Source: Acidimicrobiaceae bacterium (GTDB lineage Bacteria; Actinomycetota; Acidimicrobiia; Acidimicrobiales; Bog-793). Taken from it: a stretch of 64,000 nt of DNA. The stretch's first letter is position 1; each line of letters starts with the position of its first letter. The stretch spans positions 1,519 to 65,518 of the forward strand of contig PLPK01000054.1 of the NCBI GenBank assembly GCA_003159795.1, read 5' to 3'. Positions 26,198-38,926 of this stretch are shown here, in pieces. The position numbers were made by a program, and so were the translations under genes. The notes under the pieces are model-generated. The model did not search any database. It worked only from the letters and a program-made list of their open reading frames with translations, and was not told the origin of the DNA.

Positions 26198-26926
26198 ATG
26201 CGGCTCTTCCTTGACGACATCGGCCGGTACCCGCTGCTGAGTGCCACCGAGCAGGTCGCGCTGGCCCAGAGGATCGAACGCGGCGACGCCGCGGCGAAGA
26301 ACGAGATGATCGCCGGCAACCTCCGGCTGGTCGTGCACTGGGCCCGCCGGTACCAAGGACGCGGGGTCGACCTCACCGACCTTGTCCAGGAGGGCACCTT
26401 CGGCCTGATGCGGGCCGTGGAGAAGTTCGACTGGAAGCGCGGTTTCAAGTTCTCCACGTACGCCACCTGGTGGATCCGCCAGTCCCTGCAGCGGGCCGTG
26501 CAGGCCAAGGGCAGGGCGATCCGCCTACCCGAGGACGCCGTCGCCGCCGAGAACGCGGCGGAGCGCGCCGGCGTGGGCAACGAACGGCACCTGCCCCGCG
26601 TCGTCGCCAGCCTCGACCAGCCCGTCGCGACCGACGCCAACGCGACGCTGGGCGACCTCATCGCCGCTGACGACACGTCGGTCGCCGACGACGTCGTCGA
26701 GACCATCGCCAGCGAAAGCCTCGAGGAGGCCATCGGGCGCCTGCCCGAGCTCGCGCGCTCGGTCGTCCGGCTCCGCTTCGGCCTCGGCGGTCAACCCCCC
26801 GCCTCGCTCGAGTCAACGGCGCGGGCTCTCGCCATCGGCGTCCGCCGGGTCCGCAGCCTCGAGGCCTCGGCCCTCCGTCTGCTCGCTTCCGAACCCGAGG
26901 TCAGCACCTTCCACACCGCCGCCTGA
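26198..26926 (+). CDS. RNA polymerase sigma-70 family sigma factor
   Basis: Region 2 'NLRLVVHWARRYQGRGVDLTDLVQEGTFGLMRAVEKFDWKRGFKFSTYATWWIRQSLQRA'. Region 4 'LPELARSVVRLRFGLGG...LESTARALAIGVRRVRSLEASALRLL'. Confidence 0.85.
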   Translation: MRLFLDDIGRYPLLSATEQVALAQRIERGDAAAKNEMIAGNLRLVVHWARRYQGRGVDLTDLVQEGTFGLMRAVEKFDWKRGFKFSTYATWWIRQSLQRAVQAKGRAIRLPEDAVAAENAAERAGVGNERHLPRVVASLDQPVATDANATLGDLIAADDTSVADDVVETIASESLEEAIGRLPELARSVVRLRFGLGGQPPASLESTARALAIGVRRVRSLEASALRLLASEPEVSTFHTAA

Positions 26927-26934
26927 CCGGTTGC

Positions 26935-27888
26935 TCAGGTCAGGCGGGCCAGCACTTCCACCAGGTCCGCCGGCAACGGCGCCTCCCACTCGCACGTCTC
27001 ACCTGTCCTGGGGTGGATGAGGCGCAGTTTCCCGGCGTGGAGGAAGGGCCGTTGCAAACCGGTCTCGGCGCGCACCTTCGGGGCCAAGCCTCCCCCGTAG
27101 CGCGAGTCCCCCGCGACCGGGTGGCCGATCGCCGCGAGATGGACCCGGATCTGATGGGTCCGACCCGATTCCAGCGTCACCTCGGCGAGGGTCGCCCCCT
27201 TCGGCTCTGCGTAGCGCGCGAGCACCCGGTAGCGCGTCCGGGCGGCCCGTCCGTCGACGGTCACCACCATGCGCGTCCGGTCCCGCGTCGAACGCCCGAT
27301 GGGCGCGTCGATCGTGCCCTCGTCGGCGACGAGCCTGCCCAGCACGAGTGCTGTGTAGATCCGCCCCATCGTCCGCGCGGACAGCTGGGCCGCCAGCGCC
27401 CGCCAGGCGACGGGGTTCCGCGCCACGACGAGCAGGCCGGAGGTGTCCTTGTCGAGCCGGTGGACGATCCCGGGGCGCCACGGGCTTCCCGCTCCCTCCT
27501 CGGCGGCCTGGACGAGGTCCGGGAACCGCGCGACGAGCCCCGCCGCCAGCGTCCCGGTGCGGTGACCGGCTCCCGGGTGGACGACGACACCGGCCGGCTT
27601 GTCGATGACGATGAGGTCGGCGTCCTCCCAGACCACGGCGAAGGGCACGCTCCCCGGAGGAGCCGGGGACAGTCTGGATTCATCCTCTACCAGCTCGGCG
27701 CCGACCTCGAGACTCTCCCCTGCGGCGACACGCGCGTGGCGCGAGGTCACGGGCCTGCCCGCGAGCCGTACGCCGCCGGCCGCGATGAGCGCGGCGACGA
27801 CGCTGCGCGACCTCCCGGTGACGAGGGCGACCGCCCGGTCGACGCGTTCCCCGTCGAGCGCGGCCGGCACGATCAGCGGCGTCGTCAC
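26935..27888 (-). CDS. rluD: RluA-family 23S rRNA pseudouridine synthase (RluD-like)
   Basis: S4 domain '[11 protein letters not shown]...SRS', catalytic '[15 protein letters not shown]', '[20 protein letters not shown]'. GTGA overlap with the lspA stop. Confidence 0.85.
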   Translation of the reverse strand: MTTPLIVPAALDGERVDRAVALVTGRSRSVVAALIAAGGVRLAGRPVTSRHARVAAGESLEVGAELVEDESRLSPAPPGSVPFAVVWEDADLIVIDKPAGVVVHPGAGHRTGTLAAGLVARFPDLVQAAEEGAGSPWRPGIVHRLDKDTSGLLVVARNPVAWRALAAQLSARTMGRIYTALVLGRLVADEGTIDAPIGRSTRDRTRMVVTVDGRAARTRYRVLARYAEPKGATLAEVTLESGRTHQIRVHLAAIGHPVAGDSRYGGGLAPKVRAETGLQRPFLHAGKLRLIHPRTGETCEWEAPLPADLVEVLARLT

Positions 27889-28394
27889 GCGCCGGCCTCG
27901 TCCTCCTTGGCCTCCGCCAGATGCCACCAGACGCTCGCGACGAGCAGCACCCCCCCGGCCACGATCGAGAAGTCGGCGAGGTTGAACGTCGGCCAGAACC
28001 CGAGATGGATGAAGTCGACCACCGCGCCGTGGTGCCCGCGGAAGATCCGGTCAGCGAGGTTCCCCAACGCCCCACCGAGGATCAGACCGGTCCCGACCGC
28101 GACCGGGTAGCTCGGCGCGGCGTGCGCGAACCAAATAAGGACCACGACGAGCACGGCGCCGATCACGAGGATCGGAACCGTCAGCCCCGAGCCGAGGGAG
28201 AAAGCGACCCCCGAGTTGAACGACAGCGCGAACGACAGCGGTCCGAGGAGGTGGATCGGACCGTTCTGCAGCCGGTGCAGGGCAACCGACTTGGTCGTCT
28301 GGTCCGCGGTGACGACCGCGGCCGCCGTGAGCGCGACGACCCATAGGCGGTGCGACCTGCGTACCCCGGAAACCGGCCGCTCGACGTCGCTCAC
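27885..28394 (-). CDS. lspA: lipoprotein signal peptidase II
   Basis: '[23 protein letters not shown]', '[12 protein letters not shown]'. GTGA overlap with the upstream stop. Confidence 0.85.
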   Translation of the reverse strand: MSDVERPVSGVRRSHRLWVVALTAAAVVTADQTTKSVALHRLQNGPIHLLGPLSFALSFNSGVAFSLGSGLTVPILVIGAVLVVVLIWFAHAAPSYPVAVGTGLILGGALGNLADRIFRGHHGAVVDFIHLGFWPTFNLADFSIVAGGVLLVASVWWHLAEAKEDEAGA

Positions 28395-29428
28395 CGCCGC
28401 GACAGGCCTCCGCTCTTGCAGGCCATGCACAGGCGCGCATAGGGCAGTGCCTCGAGTCGGGGCTTCGGGATGAGCTCACCACAGCCTTCACACACGCCGT
28501 ACTTGCCGCTCCCGATCTTCGCGAGCGCCGCCTCGATCTCCTCGACCGCCTCGAGCGCCTGGGCCGACAGGGTGAGATCGCGCTCGCGATCGACGGCGAC
28601 CGTCCCGCCCTCACCGGACTCCTCGTCGAACTGGATGTCCCCCGGCTCCATCTCGGCGACGAGCAGGTCCGCCTCCTCTTGCAGCGAATTCGCCTGTTCG
28701 AGGTAGGTCGCCCGCTCCCGCTCGAGCACGTTGCGTTGGTGGTTGAGGAAGCGCTCCTCCGTGTAGCCCTTGCGCGGGGCGCGGACCGGGGCCGGGCGCG
28801 CCGGAGCCGGGCGCGCAACCGCCTCCGCCGGGGCTTTCCCCGGAGCGCGCCGCGCCGTCCGTTCCGCGGTCTGCGCGGTCTTCGTGGCGATCGGGCTGGC
28901 GGCCCGCGCCGGCGAGGTCGACCCGGTGGCAACGGACTTCTTGGCCGGGGCCTTCTTGGCCGGGGCCTTCTTGGCCGGGGCCTTCTTGGCCGGGGCCTTC
29001 TTGGCCGGGGCCTTCGCGGGAACGGCCTTCCTCGCGGGAACCGTCTTCACCGCGCCCTTCTTCGCGGGGACGACCTTCTTCGCGACCGTCTTCGTCGCGG
29101 AGCTGACCTTCTTCGCCGCGGCCCGCTTCGCAACAGGCGCCAGCCCCGTCGCGCTCTTCTGCGTGCCCCGGACCGGACCCGCCACCCGGGAGGCGGCCTT
29201 CGCCGGGGCTGGTCGCGGCGCGCGGCCCGCCACTGCGGGCGGCGAGGGCGCCTTTGGCTCCGGTCGCTCGGGTCGACCTGCGACCTTGCCGATAGCCTTT
29301 CTCGTCTTGGCCACCGCCTTCGTCGCACGCGCGACGATCGAACGCCGCGGCGAGGCGTGCGTCGCGGTCTCCGCGTCGGGTCTTCCCCTGGATCTCGTCA
29401 TCTTGTGGGGCATAGTGGGTTGATACAC
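28391..29428 (-). CDS. TraR/DksA-family C4 zinc-finger protein with a ~200-aa Lys/Ala/Pro-rich histone-H1-like N-terminal region
   Basis: C-terminal '[29 protein letters not shown]' preceded by a coiled coil. N-terminal '[23 protein letters not shown]...'. Confidence 0.75.
   Translation of the reverse strand: MYQPTMPHKMTRSRGRPDAETATHASPRRSIVARATKAVAKTRKAIGKVAGRPERPEPKAPSPPAVAGRAPRPAPAKAASRVAGPVRGTQKSATGLAPVAKRAAAKKVSSATKTVAKKVVPAKKGAVKTVPARKAVPAKAPAKKAPAKKAPAKKAPAKKAPAKKSVATGSTSPARAASPIATKTAQTAERTARRAPGKAPAEAVARPAPARPAPVRAPRKGYTEERFLNHQRNVLERERATYLEQANSLQEEADLLVAEMEPGDIQFDEESGEGGTVAVDRERDLTLSAQALEAVEEIEAALAKIGSGKYGVCEGCGELIPKPRLEALPYARLCMACKSGGLSRR
28937..29011. repeat. five perfect tandem copies of a 15-bp unit (CTTCTTGGCCGGGGC) inside the DksA-like gene
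   Basis: Read directly from the sequence. It encodes (KKAPA)x5 on the minus strand. A sixth, degenerate copy follows. Confidence 0.9.
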
Positions 29429-29487
29429 CTCTCCGAATAAGCGGCCGAGGTTACCCGATCGTCACGTCCACCGTCGTGCGCGCGACG

Positions 29488-29883
29488 TCAGCGATTGGCG
29501 CGTGCATTCCTCGGGCTGCCGGGGCGGGTCTCGGCCTTCGCCACGGCATCGTCAAGCACGCGCCGGACCTGGGTGACCTCGACGCCTCGGACGCGCAGAC
29601 GCTTCGTCCGGCTGCGTTCCCCTCCGACGAGTTCGACCGCCCGCTTCGGGACCCCGAGCAGCTCGGCGACGAGCTCCTCGCAAGCGGCATTGGCGCGACC
29701 GTCGACCGGCGGCGGGGCGACTCGCACATGGAGCGCGTCACCTCTGGTGCCCGTCACGGCAGCTCTGCCTGCACCGGGCTGCACATACAGCCGGAGGATG
29801 ATCGTCGACCCCTCCGCGCCCTTTTTCGCCTTGGATCCCCCACCCGGCGCCTCCTGCTCCATCTCGAACAGGTCCTCTGCCAT
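29488..29883 (-). CDS. DUF167 (YggU/UPF0235) family protein
   Basis: 'LRLYVQPGAGRAAVTG...LHVRVAPPPVDGRANAACEELVAELLGVPKRAVELVGGERSRTKRLRV' matches the DUF167 pattern. Confidence 0.8.
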   Translation of the reverse strand: MAEDLFEMEQEAPGGGSKAKKGAEGSTIILRLYVQPGAGRAAVTGTRGDALHVRVAPPPVDGRANAACEELVAELLGVPKRAVELVGGERSRTKRLRVRGVEVTQVRRVLDDAVAKAETRPGSPRNARANR

Positions 29884-29902
29884 GGGCGCCTACTCTAGGG
29901 CA

Positions 29903-33136
<3,234 letters not shown>

Positions 33137-33556
33137 TCCCCGAAGCGACGGCATTGCCTGTTCAGCTCGTGATTTTCGACGGTCGCCGCGTATTGCCTAG
33201 ATCCATCCAAGGCCGGGGTGACAGGGCCTCGAGGCCGTACAGCTCGTAGAGCTGCCGATGGATCTGGTCCTTCCGTCCCAGAACCTGCTCTAGTCGAGCG
33301 GGGGGCGGGGAGTTTCACGAGCCGCCTGCCGCCTGGTCCGCCACCACTCCGCGCAGGCGAGCTTCGAGACGGGCAACCACCGGGTTCACGGTCGCGCGGC
33401 CGATGTAGGCGCCGACAGGCCGCCACATCCTCGCGACACCAAACCCGAGCACCAGGCAGGACAGACGCGCTCGCCAGACGCGTGTTTGAAAAACCCACCC
33501 CGCCGGCGGGCCCAGCCGCTCCCGGCGAGAGCCAGGAAACTACTCCTAGAACTCCC

Positions 33557-34486
33557 TCAGGCCGTCCAACCGCCGTCACGGCCGCCCGGTCGGTTCGGGG
33601 TCGCCCGCATCGAACGCCTGCCGCTGCCCGGTGAGGCGTCGAGATCGGCGCCGCGGGCCCAGCGCTGCCACAGCACCTCGTCCGGGTCGTCGCTCTCCGC
33701 CGAGTCCACCGCGTGCAGGTTTCGCCCGTCAGACGGCCGGGGAGGGTCGTCACGGCCGCCGTCGTCATCGGTCAGCCCGAGCTGTGCGGCGAGGCTCTGG
33801 CGGTGAGGGCGCTCCTCGGCCGCTGGCCGGAAGACGGCCGGCGCCTCGCCGGTCTCCTCGTCGTCATCCACGCCGTCTCCGGCTTCGTCGACGGGAGGCG
33901 GGGGTTCGGGTGCCGTCGGCATCGCGACCGTGTCGTCGGCGGGCTCGTCGCCGAGCTCGACGGAGCGGACGAGGGGCTCGCGGTCGATACTCAGCATGCT
34001 GCCGAGGCTCGCGAGCGCGGCGGAGAGCGCCGCCGAGATCCTTCCCCGTTCGGCGAGGGCGAACCGGCCGAGCTCCTCGATCTCCTTCTCGAGCTGGACG
34101 CGGCGCGCCTCGAGGTCAATGATTCGCTGGCGGGCGTCCCGCTCGGCGTCCGAACGGACGCGGCCGGCCTCCTCGCGGGTCGTGGCGGTCAGCGCCGCGG
34201 CCTCCTCGCGCGCGTCCTCCAGCAGGGTCGCGGCCTCCTCGCGGGCTTCGCGTACGGCGAGGTCGGCAGTTCTCTGCGCCAGCACGAGCGTGCGGCGCAG
34301 GCTCTCGTCGTCAAGTTCCGGGCCCTCGTTGCGCTCCGGCTTCTCCCGGATCGCGCCCAGCTGGGCCTTGAGGCCGTCGATCGAGACGGCGACCCTCTCC
34401 AGAAACTCGTCGACCTCGTCGGTGTCGTACCCGCGCAATCGCGTGACGAACTCCACGTCGCGCAGGACTTGTCCGGATATTTCCAT
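33557..34486 (-). CDS. divIVA: DivIVA-domain cell-division/polar-growth protein (Wag31-like) with a long acidic/Pro-rich C-terminus
   Basis: N-terminal 'VLRDVEFVTRLRGYDTDEVDEFLERV' followed by coiled coil. Located downstream of sepF-yggT. Confidence 0.8.
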   Translation of the reverse strand: MEISGQVLRDVEFVTRLRGYDTDEVDEFLERVAVSIDGLKAQLGAIREKPERNEGPELDDESLRRTLVLAQRTADLAVREAREEAATLLEDAREEAAALTATTREEAGRVRSDAERDARQRIIDLEARRVQLEKEIEELGRFALAERGRISAALSAALASLGSMLSIDREPLVRSVELGDEPADDTVAMPTAPEPPPPVDEAGDGVDDDEETGEAPAVFRPAAEERPHRQSLAAQLGLTDDDGGRDDPPRPSDGRNLHAVDSAESDDPDEVLWQRWARGADLDASPGSGRRSMRATPNRPGGRDGGWTA

Positions 34487-34551
34487 GCCAGCATGGTACG
34501 CGGCCAATAACCGCAGCTGGTGGATACCGCGGCCCGCCTGGTCGCGGGGCC

Positions 34552-34815
34552 TCAGCGCCGCGCCAGCACCGAGACGAGGATCTCCAGCCCGACGAGGACG
34601 ACGAGCGGGGACAGGTCGATCGCCCCGCCGCCGACGCGCAGCGGCGGCACCACACGCCGGATCGGCGCGAGGACCGGGTCCGTGAACCTGCCCAGTGCCC
34701 GCTCGAAGCGCCCCATCCCCGACCACGGGTCCGTCGGGAACCAGGTGAGGATGATGCGGACGAATAGCACCACGATGTAGAGCTGGATCAGGTCGACGAC
34801 AATGCGGAGAATCAC
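34552..34815 (-). CDS. yggT: YggT-family membrane protein
   Basis: 87 aa: 'LIQLYIVVLFVRIILTWF...FTDPVLAPIRRVVPP...IDLSPLVVL'. Confidence 0.8.
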   Translation of the reverse strand: MILRIVVDLIQLYIVVLFVRIILTWFPTDPWSGMGRFERALGRFTDPVLAPIRRVVPPLRVGGGAIDLSPLVVLVGLEILVSVLARR

Positions 34816-34852
34816 GGGCGCGCCCCGACCTTGCCCACGCCCGCCGGCGGGC

Positions 34853-35383
34853 CTAGGACCGGTAGAGGCCGCGTTGCTGCAGGTGCAGCCGCTCCTCGGG
34901 TGTGACCTCGACGTTGGAGGGGGCGAGCAGGAAGACCTGGTCGGCGACCTTCTCCATCTGGCCGTCGAGCGCGTAGGTCAGCCCGGAGCAGAAGTCGATC
35001 ATGCGCCGCGACAGATCGCGCTCGCTCATCTGCAGATTCACGATCACCGGGCTGCCCTGCTTCACGAGATCACCGATCTCCTGGGCGTCGCGAAAGTGCA
35101 CCGGCGCGACGACGTGGACCTTGCTGGCAGCGAAGGTCCCGGGGGCGAGCGGCCGGACAGCGGCGGGCGCCGCGCCCCCGCGGCGCACGTCGGCGGCGCC
35201 GAGCGGACGGACCGTCGCCGTGGGACCGCGGCCCTCGCCCTCGTCGCCTGATGAGTCGGGGTAGACCGCCCTGTCCGTCAGCGAGAGCGGCGCGCCGGTC
35301 GATGCGCCCTCGGAGTAGAACTCCTCCTCGTCGATGTCCCGCAGGCCGAGGTAGGCGAGTGCTCTGTTCATGAACGACGACAT
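34853..35383 (-). CDS. sepF: cell division protein SepF
   Basis: 'MSSFMNRALAYLGL', C-terminal 'FRDAQEIGDLVKQGSPVIVNLQMSERDLSRRMIDFCSGLTYAL.G'. Confidence 0.88.
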   Translation of the reverse strand: MSSFMNRALAYLGLRDIDEEEFYSEGASTGAPLSLTDRAVYPDSSGDEGEGRGPTATVRPLGAADVRRGGAAPAAVRPLAPGTFAASKVHVVAPVHFRDAQEIGDLVKQGSPVIVNLQMSERDLSRRMIDFCSGLTYALDGQMEKVADQVFLLAPSNVEVTPEERLHLQQRGLYRS

Positions 35384-35404
35384 CGGTCTCCTTCTCAGCC
35401 GAGC

Positions 35405-36115
35405 CTATTCTGGCATCGCACCTCGCGCGGCACGTGGACCGAACAGCGCCCGGCCGACTCGGACCATCGTCGAGCCCTCCGCCACGGCGATCTCGAAGTC
35501 GTCGCTCATCCCCATCGACGCCTCGGCAAGGCCGAGCTCCGCCACGAGACTAGAGACCGCGGCGAAGCAACGCCGCGCGCCGTTGCCGTCGCCCGGCGCG
35601 GCCACGGTCATCAGCCCCCGCACGTCGAGGCCCAGCGCGACGAGCCCCTCGACGAGCCGGCCCGCCCCGTCGGGCGCGACGCCCCCGCGCCCCGCAAGGC
35701 CGGTCGTGTCGACCTCGACGAGCACGGCGGCGCCCGGCGCGTGGCGGGCGAGCGCGACCCCCTCGGCGAGGCGGTCCACCGTCTCGTACAGGCCGACGTA
35801 GGGCGCGAGCCTCGCCACGCTGCGGCGCTGGATACCACCGATGAGGTGCCAGCACACGTTGACGTCGCGCCCCGCGGCCCTGAGCCCGGCCGCCTTGGCG
35901 ACGAGCTCATCGGCGTAGTTCTCGCCGAGATCGGTGCAGCCCGCCGCCAGCGCCGCCTCGGCGGCTCCCGGCGCGAGCCCCTTGGTGACGGCGACGATCC
36001 GCACCCTTTCGGTGTCGCCCCCGGCGGCCGCAATCCGCTGGCGCAGCTCGGCGAGGCGCGCGCCGACATCGCCGAAGCCGGCCCCGCCGGGGCCCGTCAC
36101 CGCGACTCCAGCCAC
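35405..36115 (-). CDS. yggS: YggS/YlmE-family pyridoxal-phosphate homeostasis protein
   Basis: 'IVAVTKG', 'WHLIGGIQRRS', 'ASMGMSDDFEIAVAEGSTMVRVGRALFG'. Confidence 0.85.
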   Translation of the reverse strand: MAGVAVTGPGGAGFGDVGARLAELRQRIAAAGGDTERVRIVAVTKGLAPGAAEAALAAGCTDLGENYADELVAKAAGLRAAGRDVNVCWHLIGGIQRRSVARLAPYVGLYETVDRLAEGVALARHAPGAAVLVEVDTTGLAGRGGVAPDGAGRLVEGLVALGLDVRGLMTVAAPGDGNGARRCFAAVSSLVAELGLAEASMGMSDDFEIAVAEGSTMVRVGRALFGPRAARGAMPE

Positions 36116-36651
36116 ACGCCGAGCAGGTGGCGGCCCGTGTCACGCCGCCCGCGGTAGCTGAAGTACGCCCCCGAGCACGCCGTGCACTCCCCCACCTCGC
36201 CGACGAGATCGACTCCGGCGGTGGCGAGCCGGCCCCGCACGGCGGCGGGCAGGTCGAGGCCGGGCGATCCGTCGGCCGCGGTCGCGGCCACGCCGGCGCC
36301 GAGCCGCCCGCAGAGCGCGGCGAGCTCGGCCGTGCCGAACGGGTAGCACTCGGCGTGGATGCACGCCGAGACGACCGCCTCGATTGCCGACGCCCCCCGC
36401 TGGCGCATCGCCGCCGCCACCTCCTCGACCACCCCGGCGGCGAGTCCCCGCCAGCCGGCGTGGGCGACACCGATCACGCCCTCCGGGCTGGCGAGCCCCA
36501 CCAGCGCGCAGTCGGCGCCGAGCACGCCGAGCGCCGTCGCCGGCGAGGTCGTGACGATGGCGTCCGCCTCCACGGGCTCGACCACCGCCCCGTCGACCAC
36601 GAGCACGCGGGCCCCGTGCACCTGGCGGACAAAGGTCCACGGCAGGGCCAC
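36097..36651 (-). CDS. pgeF: PgeF/YfiH (laccase-domain, peptidoglycan editing factor) family protein. The annotated GTG start probably truncates the N-terminus.
   Basis: 'QVHGARVLVVDG', 'DAIVT', 'GADCALVG', 'VAHAGWRG', 'SACIHAECY'. Homologous N-terminal sequence continues upstream to the ftsZ stop without an ATG/GTG/TTG. Confidence 0.75.
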   Translation of the reverse strand: MALPWTFVRQVHGARVLVVDGAVVEPVEADAIVTTSPATALGVLGADCALVGLASPEGVIGVAHAGWRGLAAGVVEEVAAAMRQRGASAIEAVVSACIHAECYPFGTAELAALCGRLGAGVAATAADGSPGLDLPAAVRGRLATAGVDLVGEVGECTACSGAYFSYRGRRDTGRHLLGVWLESR

Positions 36652-36780
36652 GAGCGCCGCCGCGACCGGGTCACCGGGGCTGCCGCCCAGGCGCGCCGGG
36701 CGGGCGTCACCGTCGGCTGCCGAGGTCGTCGCGACGACGGCGTTCCCGGTCAGGTCGTGGCGTGTCGGCGAATCGGCCCC

Positions 36781-37899
36781 TCAGCGCAGGAACGACGGGA
36801 CATCGAACTCGTCGTCACCGAGGTCAAGGTCGTCGTCGACGGCGAATGCCTGCGTCGGGCGGTAGCCCTCCGGCGGGCTCGGGTACTGGGCACCGTAGGG
36901 CGAGCTCTCCTCCGCCTCGCGCCCCGCCGGGGTGAAGCTGGATTCGTCGAAGGTGTCGAAGCCTGCGGCGATGACCGTCACGCGCACGGCATCCCCGAGC
37001 TCGTCGTCGATGACGCTGCCGAAGATGATGTTCGCGTCCGGGTGGGCGATGGCATGGATCGCCTCGGCCGCCTCGTTCACCTCGAAAAGCCCAAGATTGC
37101 TCCCACCGGCGATGTTGAGCACGATGCCCCGTGCGCCGTCGATCGAGGCCGACGAGAGCAGCGGGCTCGTGATCGCGTGGTGCGCGGCGGTGAGCGCCCG
37201 CCCCTCGCCCGACGCGATGCCGACGCCCATGATCGCCGAGCCGGCGTCGTGCATGATCGTGCGCACGTCGGCGAAGTCGGTGTTGATGAGCCCCGGCATG
37301 TTGATGAGATCGGTGATGCCCTTCACACCCTGCAACAGGATGTTGTCGGCCATCTTGAAGGCTTCCACCATCGTCGTGTTGGGGTCGGCGAGCGTCAGCA
37401 AGCGCTCGTTCGGGATGACGATCAACGTGTCGACCTGCTCGCGCAACCGCTCGATCCCCTTCTCCGCCTGCATCGCCCGCCGACGACCCTCGAAGGCGAA
37501 CGGCTTCGTCACGATCGCCACGGTCAGCGCGCCGAGGTCGCGCGCCACCTCGGCGATGACGGGTGCCCCGCCGGTGCCGGTGCCGCCCCCTTCCCCGGCG
37601 GCGATGAACACCATGTCGGCGCCCTTCAGGGCCTCGGCGATCTCCTCGGTGTGGTCGAGCGCGGCCGCGCGTCCGACCTCCGGGTCGCTACCGGCACCGA
37701 GCCCGCGCGTCAGCTGGCGGCCGATGTCGAGCTTGAGGTCCGCCTCACTCAACAAAAGCGCCTGCGCGTCCGTGTTCACGGCGACGAACTCGACTCCGCG
37801 CAGCTCCGAGTCGATCATGCGGTTCACGGCGTTGACACCGCCGCCGCCGATCCCGATCACCTTGATGACGGCGATGAAACTCTGAGCTGCCTCGGACAT
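36781..37899 (-). CDS. ftsZ: cell division GTPase FtsZ
   Basis: '[17 protein letters not shown]', 'NTDAQAL', 'GAGSDPEVG', '[14 protein letters not shown]'. ATG at 37899. Confidence 0.95.
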   Translation of the reverse strand: MSEAAQSFIAVIKVIGIGGGGVNAVNRMIDSELRGVEFVAVNTDAQALLLSEADLKLDIGRQLTRGLGAGSDPEVGRAAALDHTEEIAEALKGADMVFIAAGEGGGTGTGGAPVIAEVARDLGALTVAIVTKPFAFEGRRRAMQAEKGIERLREQVDTLIVIPNERLLTLADPNTTMVEAFKMADNILLQGVKGITDLINMPGLINTDFADVRTIMHDAGSAIMGVGIASGEGRALTAAHHAITSPLLSSASIDGARGIVLNIAGGSNLGLFEVNEAAEAIHAIAHPDANIIFGSVIDDELGDAVRVTVIAAGFDTFDESSFTPAGREAEESSPYGAQYPSPPEGYRPTQAFAVDDDLDLGDDEFDVPSFLR

Positions 37900-38116
37900 C
37901 TGTGACGCTGCCTTCCTGCCGCGAACCACGCCAGCGTCGGGGGCTACGCCCCCGACGGCGACCCAGAGGTCCCGAGCCCCGCCTTGTGTGGTCCCCCGAA
38001 CATCTCCCTGGCGACCATGCGCCGTCAGCGCCCCCATTTGACCACCTGCGGACAGGACCCCGGTCTCCGGAGCGTCTCAGGCTCGCGTGAGCCAGGCCGA
38101 CCATAGGACCGGCACC

Positions 38117-38926
38117 TCATGGGGTCAAGACCGGATCAGACGGCGCGCGCAGGTCAATTGTGGCAATACCTTGCAGTGAAACCTCGGAAAGCACCGTCGC
38201 GAGCGCGACCATCTTGTCGGCGAGATCGCTGTCCGGTCCGAGGATCACCCGCGCCGCCCCGCGCAGCACGGCGACGACCCCGAGGCCCGGCTCTATCTTC
38301 AGCGCCGCGACCCGGGCGACCAGACTTGCGGGCACCGCCACCGCGGTGGCCAGCAGCGCCGCCGCACCCCGCTCCCTCCCGCCCGGCGCGGGCGGCGGGG
38401 CCAGCCCCGCGATGGAGACGAGGCCCGCGACGTGCCCCGGCACGTCGGCGAGAACCCGCCCGGTAACGTCGAGGAGCGCATCACCACCGGAATCGCGTCG
38501 CACGACCGCCACGGCGTGGCGTTCCGTCACGACGACGCGCGCGCTCGACGGGAACGACACGCTGACCGACGCCGTCTTCACCCACGGCAACCGCTCGATG
38601 GCATGGGCGTCGGCGAGGGTGTTGACATCGATGAGCGGCGGGTCGCCGCCGAGGCCACCCGCCGCGAGGATCTCGGCTGCCGAGGTGTGCTCCTCCCCGC
38701 TGACAGTCACGTGACGCGCCGAGACGAGCGGCGAATGCGCTATTGCGAACAGCCCGGCAGCGAGCGCCACGACGACGAGGACGGCGATGAGTCCTTTCAG
38801 GCGCCTCCGGCTCGCCTGGCGGGCGACCCCGACACGACGCTCGGTGATCCGCGGGTCGATGTCCCGGTGGCGCGTGCCGTCGGGCCGCCGGGCCGGCGCG
38901 GCCGCCGGCCGTGCCCGGGCCGTCAC
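38117..38926 (-). CDS. ftsQ: cell division protein FtsQ (POTRA domain)
   Basis: Single TM segment 'LIAVLVVVALAAGLFAIA', then 'VSARHVTVSGEEHTSAAEIL...IERLPWVKTASVSVSFP'. The GTG at 38926 overlaps the murB stop. Confidence 0.75.
   Translation of the reverse strand: MTARARPAAAPARRPDGTRHRDIDPRITERRVGVARQASRRRLKGLIAVLVVVALAAGLFAIAHSPLVSARHVTVSGEEHTSAAEILAAGGLGGDPPLIDVNTLADAHAIERLPWVKTASVSVSFPSSARVVVTERHAVAVVRRDSGGDALLDVTGRVLADVPGHVAGLVSIAGLAPPPAPGGRERGAAALLATAVAVPASLVARVAALKIEPGLGVVAVLRGAARVILGPDSDLADKMVALATVLSEVSLQGIATIDLRAPSDPVLTP

Noticed and set aside
28937-29026. Regularly spaced 15-bp repeats that could be mistaken for a mini CRISPR array.
   Set aside because: The repeats are contiguous with no spacers, lie inside a coding region and encode KKAPA repeats.
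29495-29902. In-frame 136-aa N-terminal extension of ileS; also a T-box riboswitch expected upstream of actinobacterial ileS.
   Set aside because: The extension is antisense to a convincing DUF167 gene and has no IleS homology. No T-box core sequence or specifier features were found by eye. This should still be confirmed with a covariance model.
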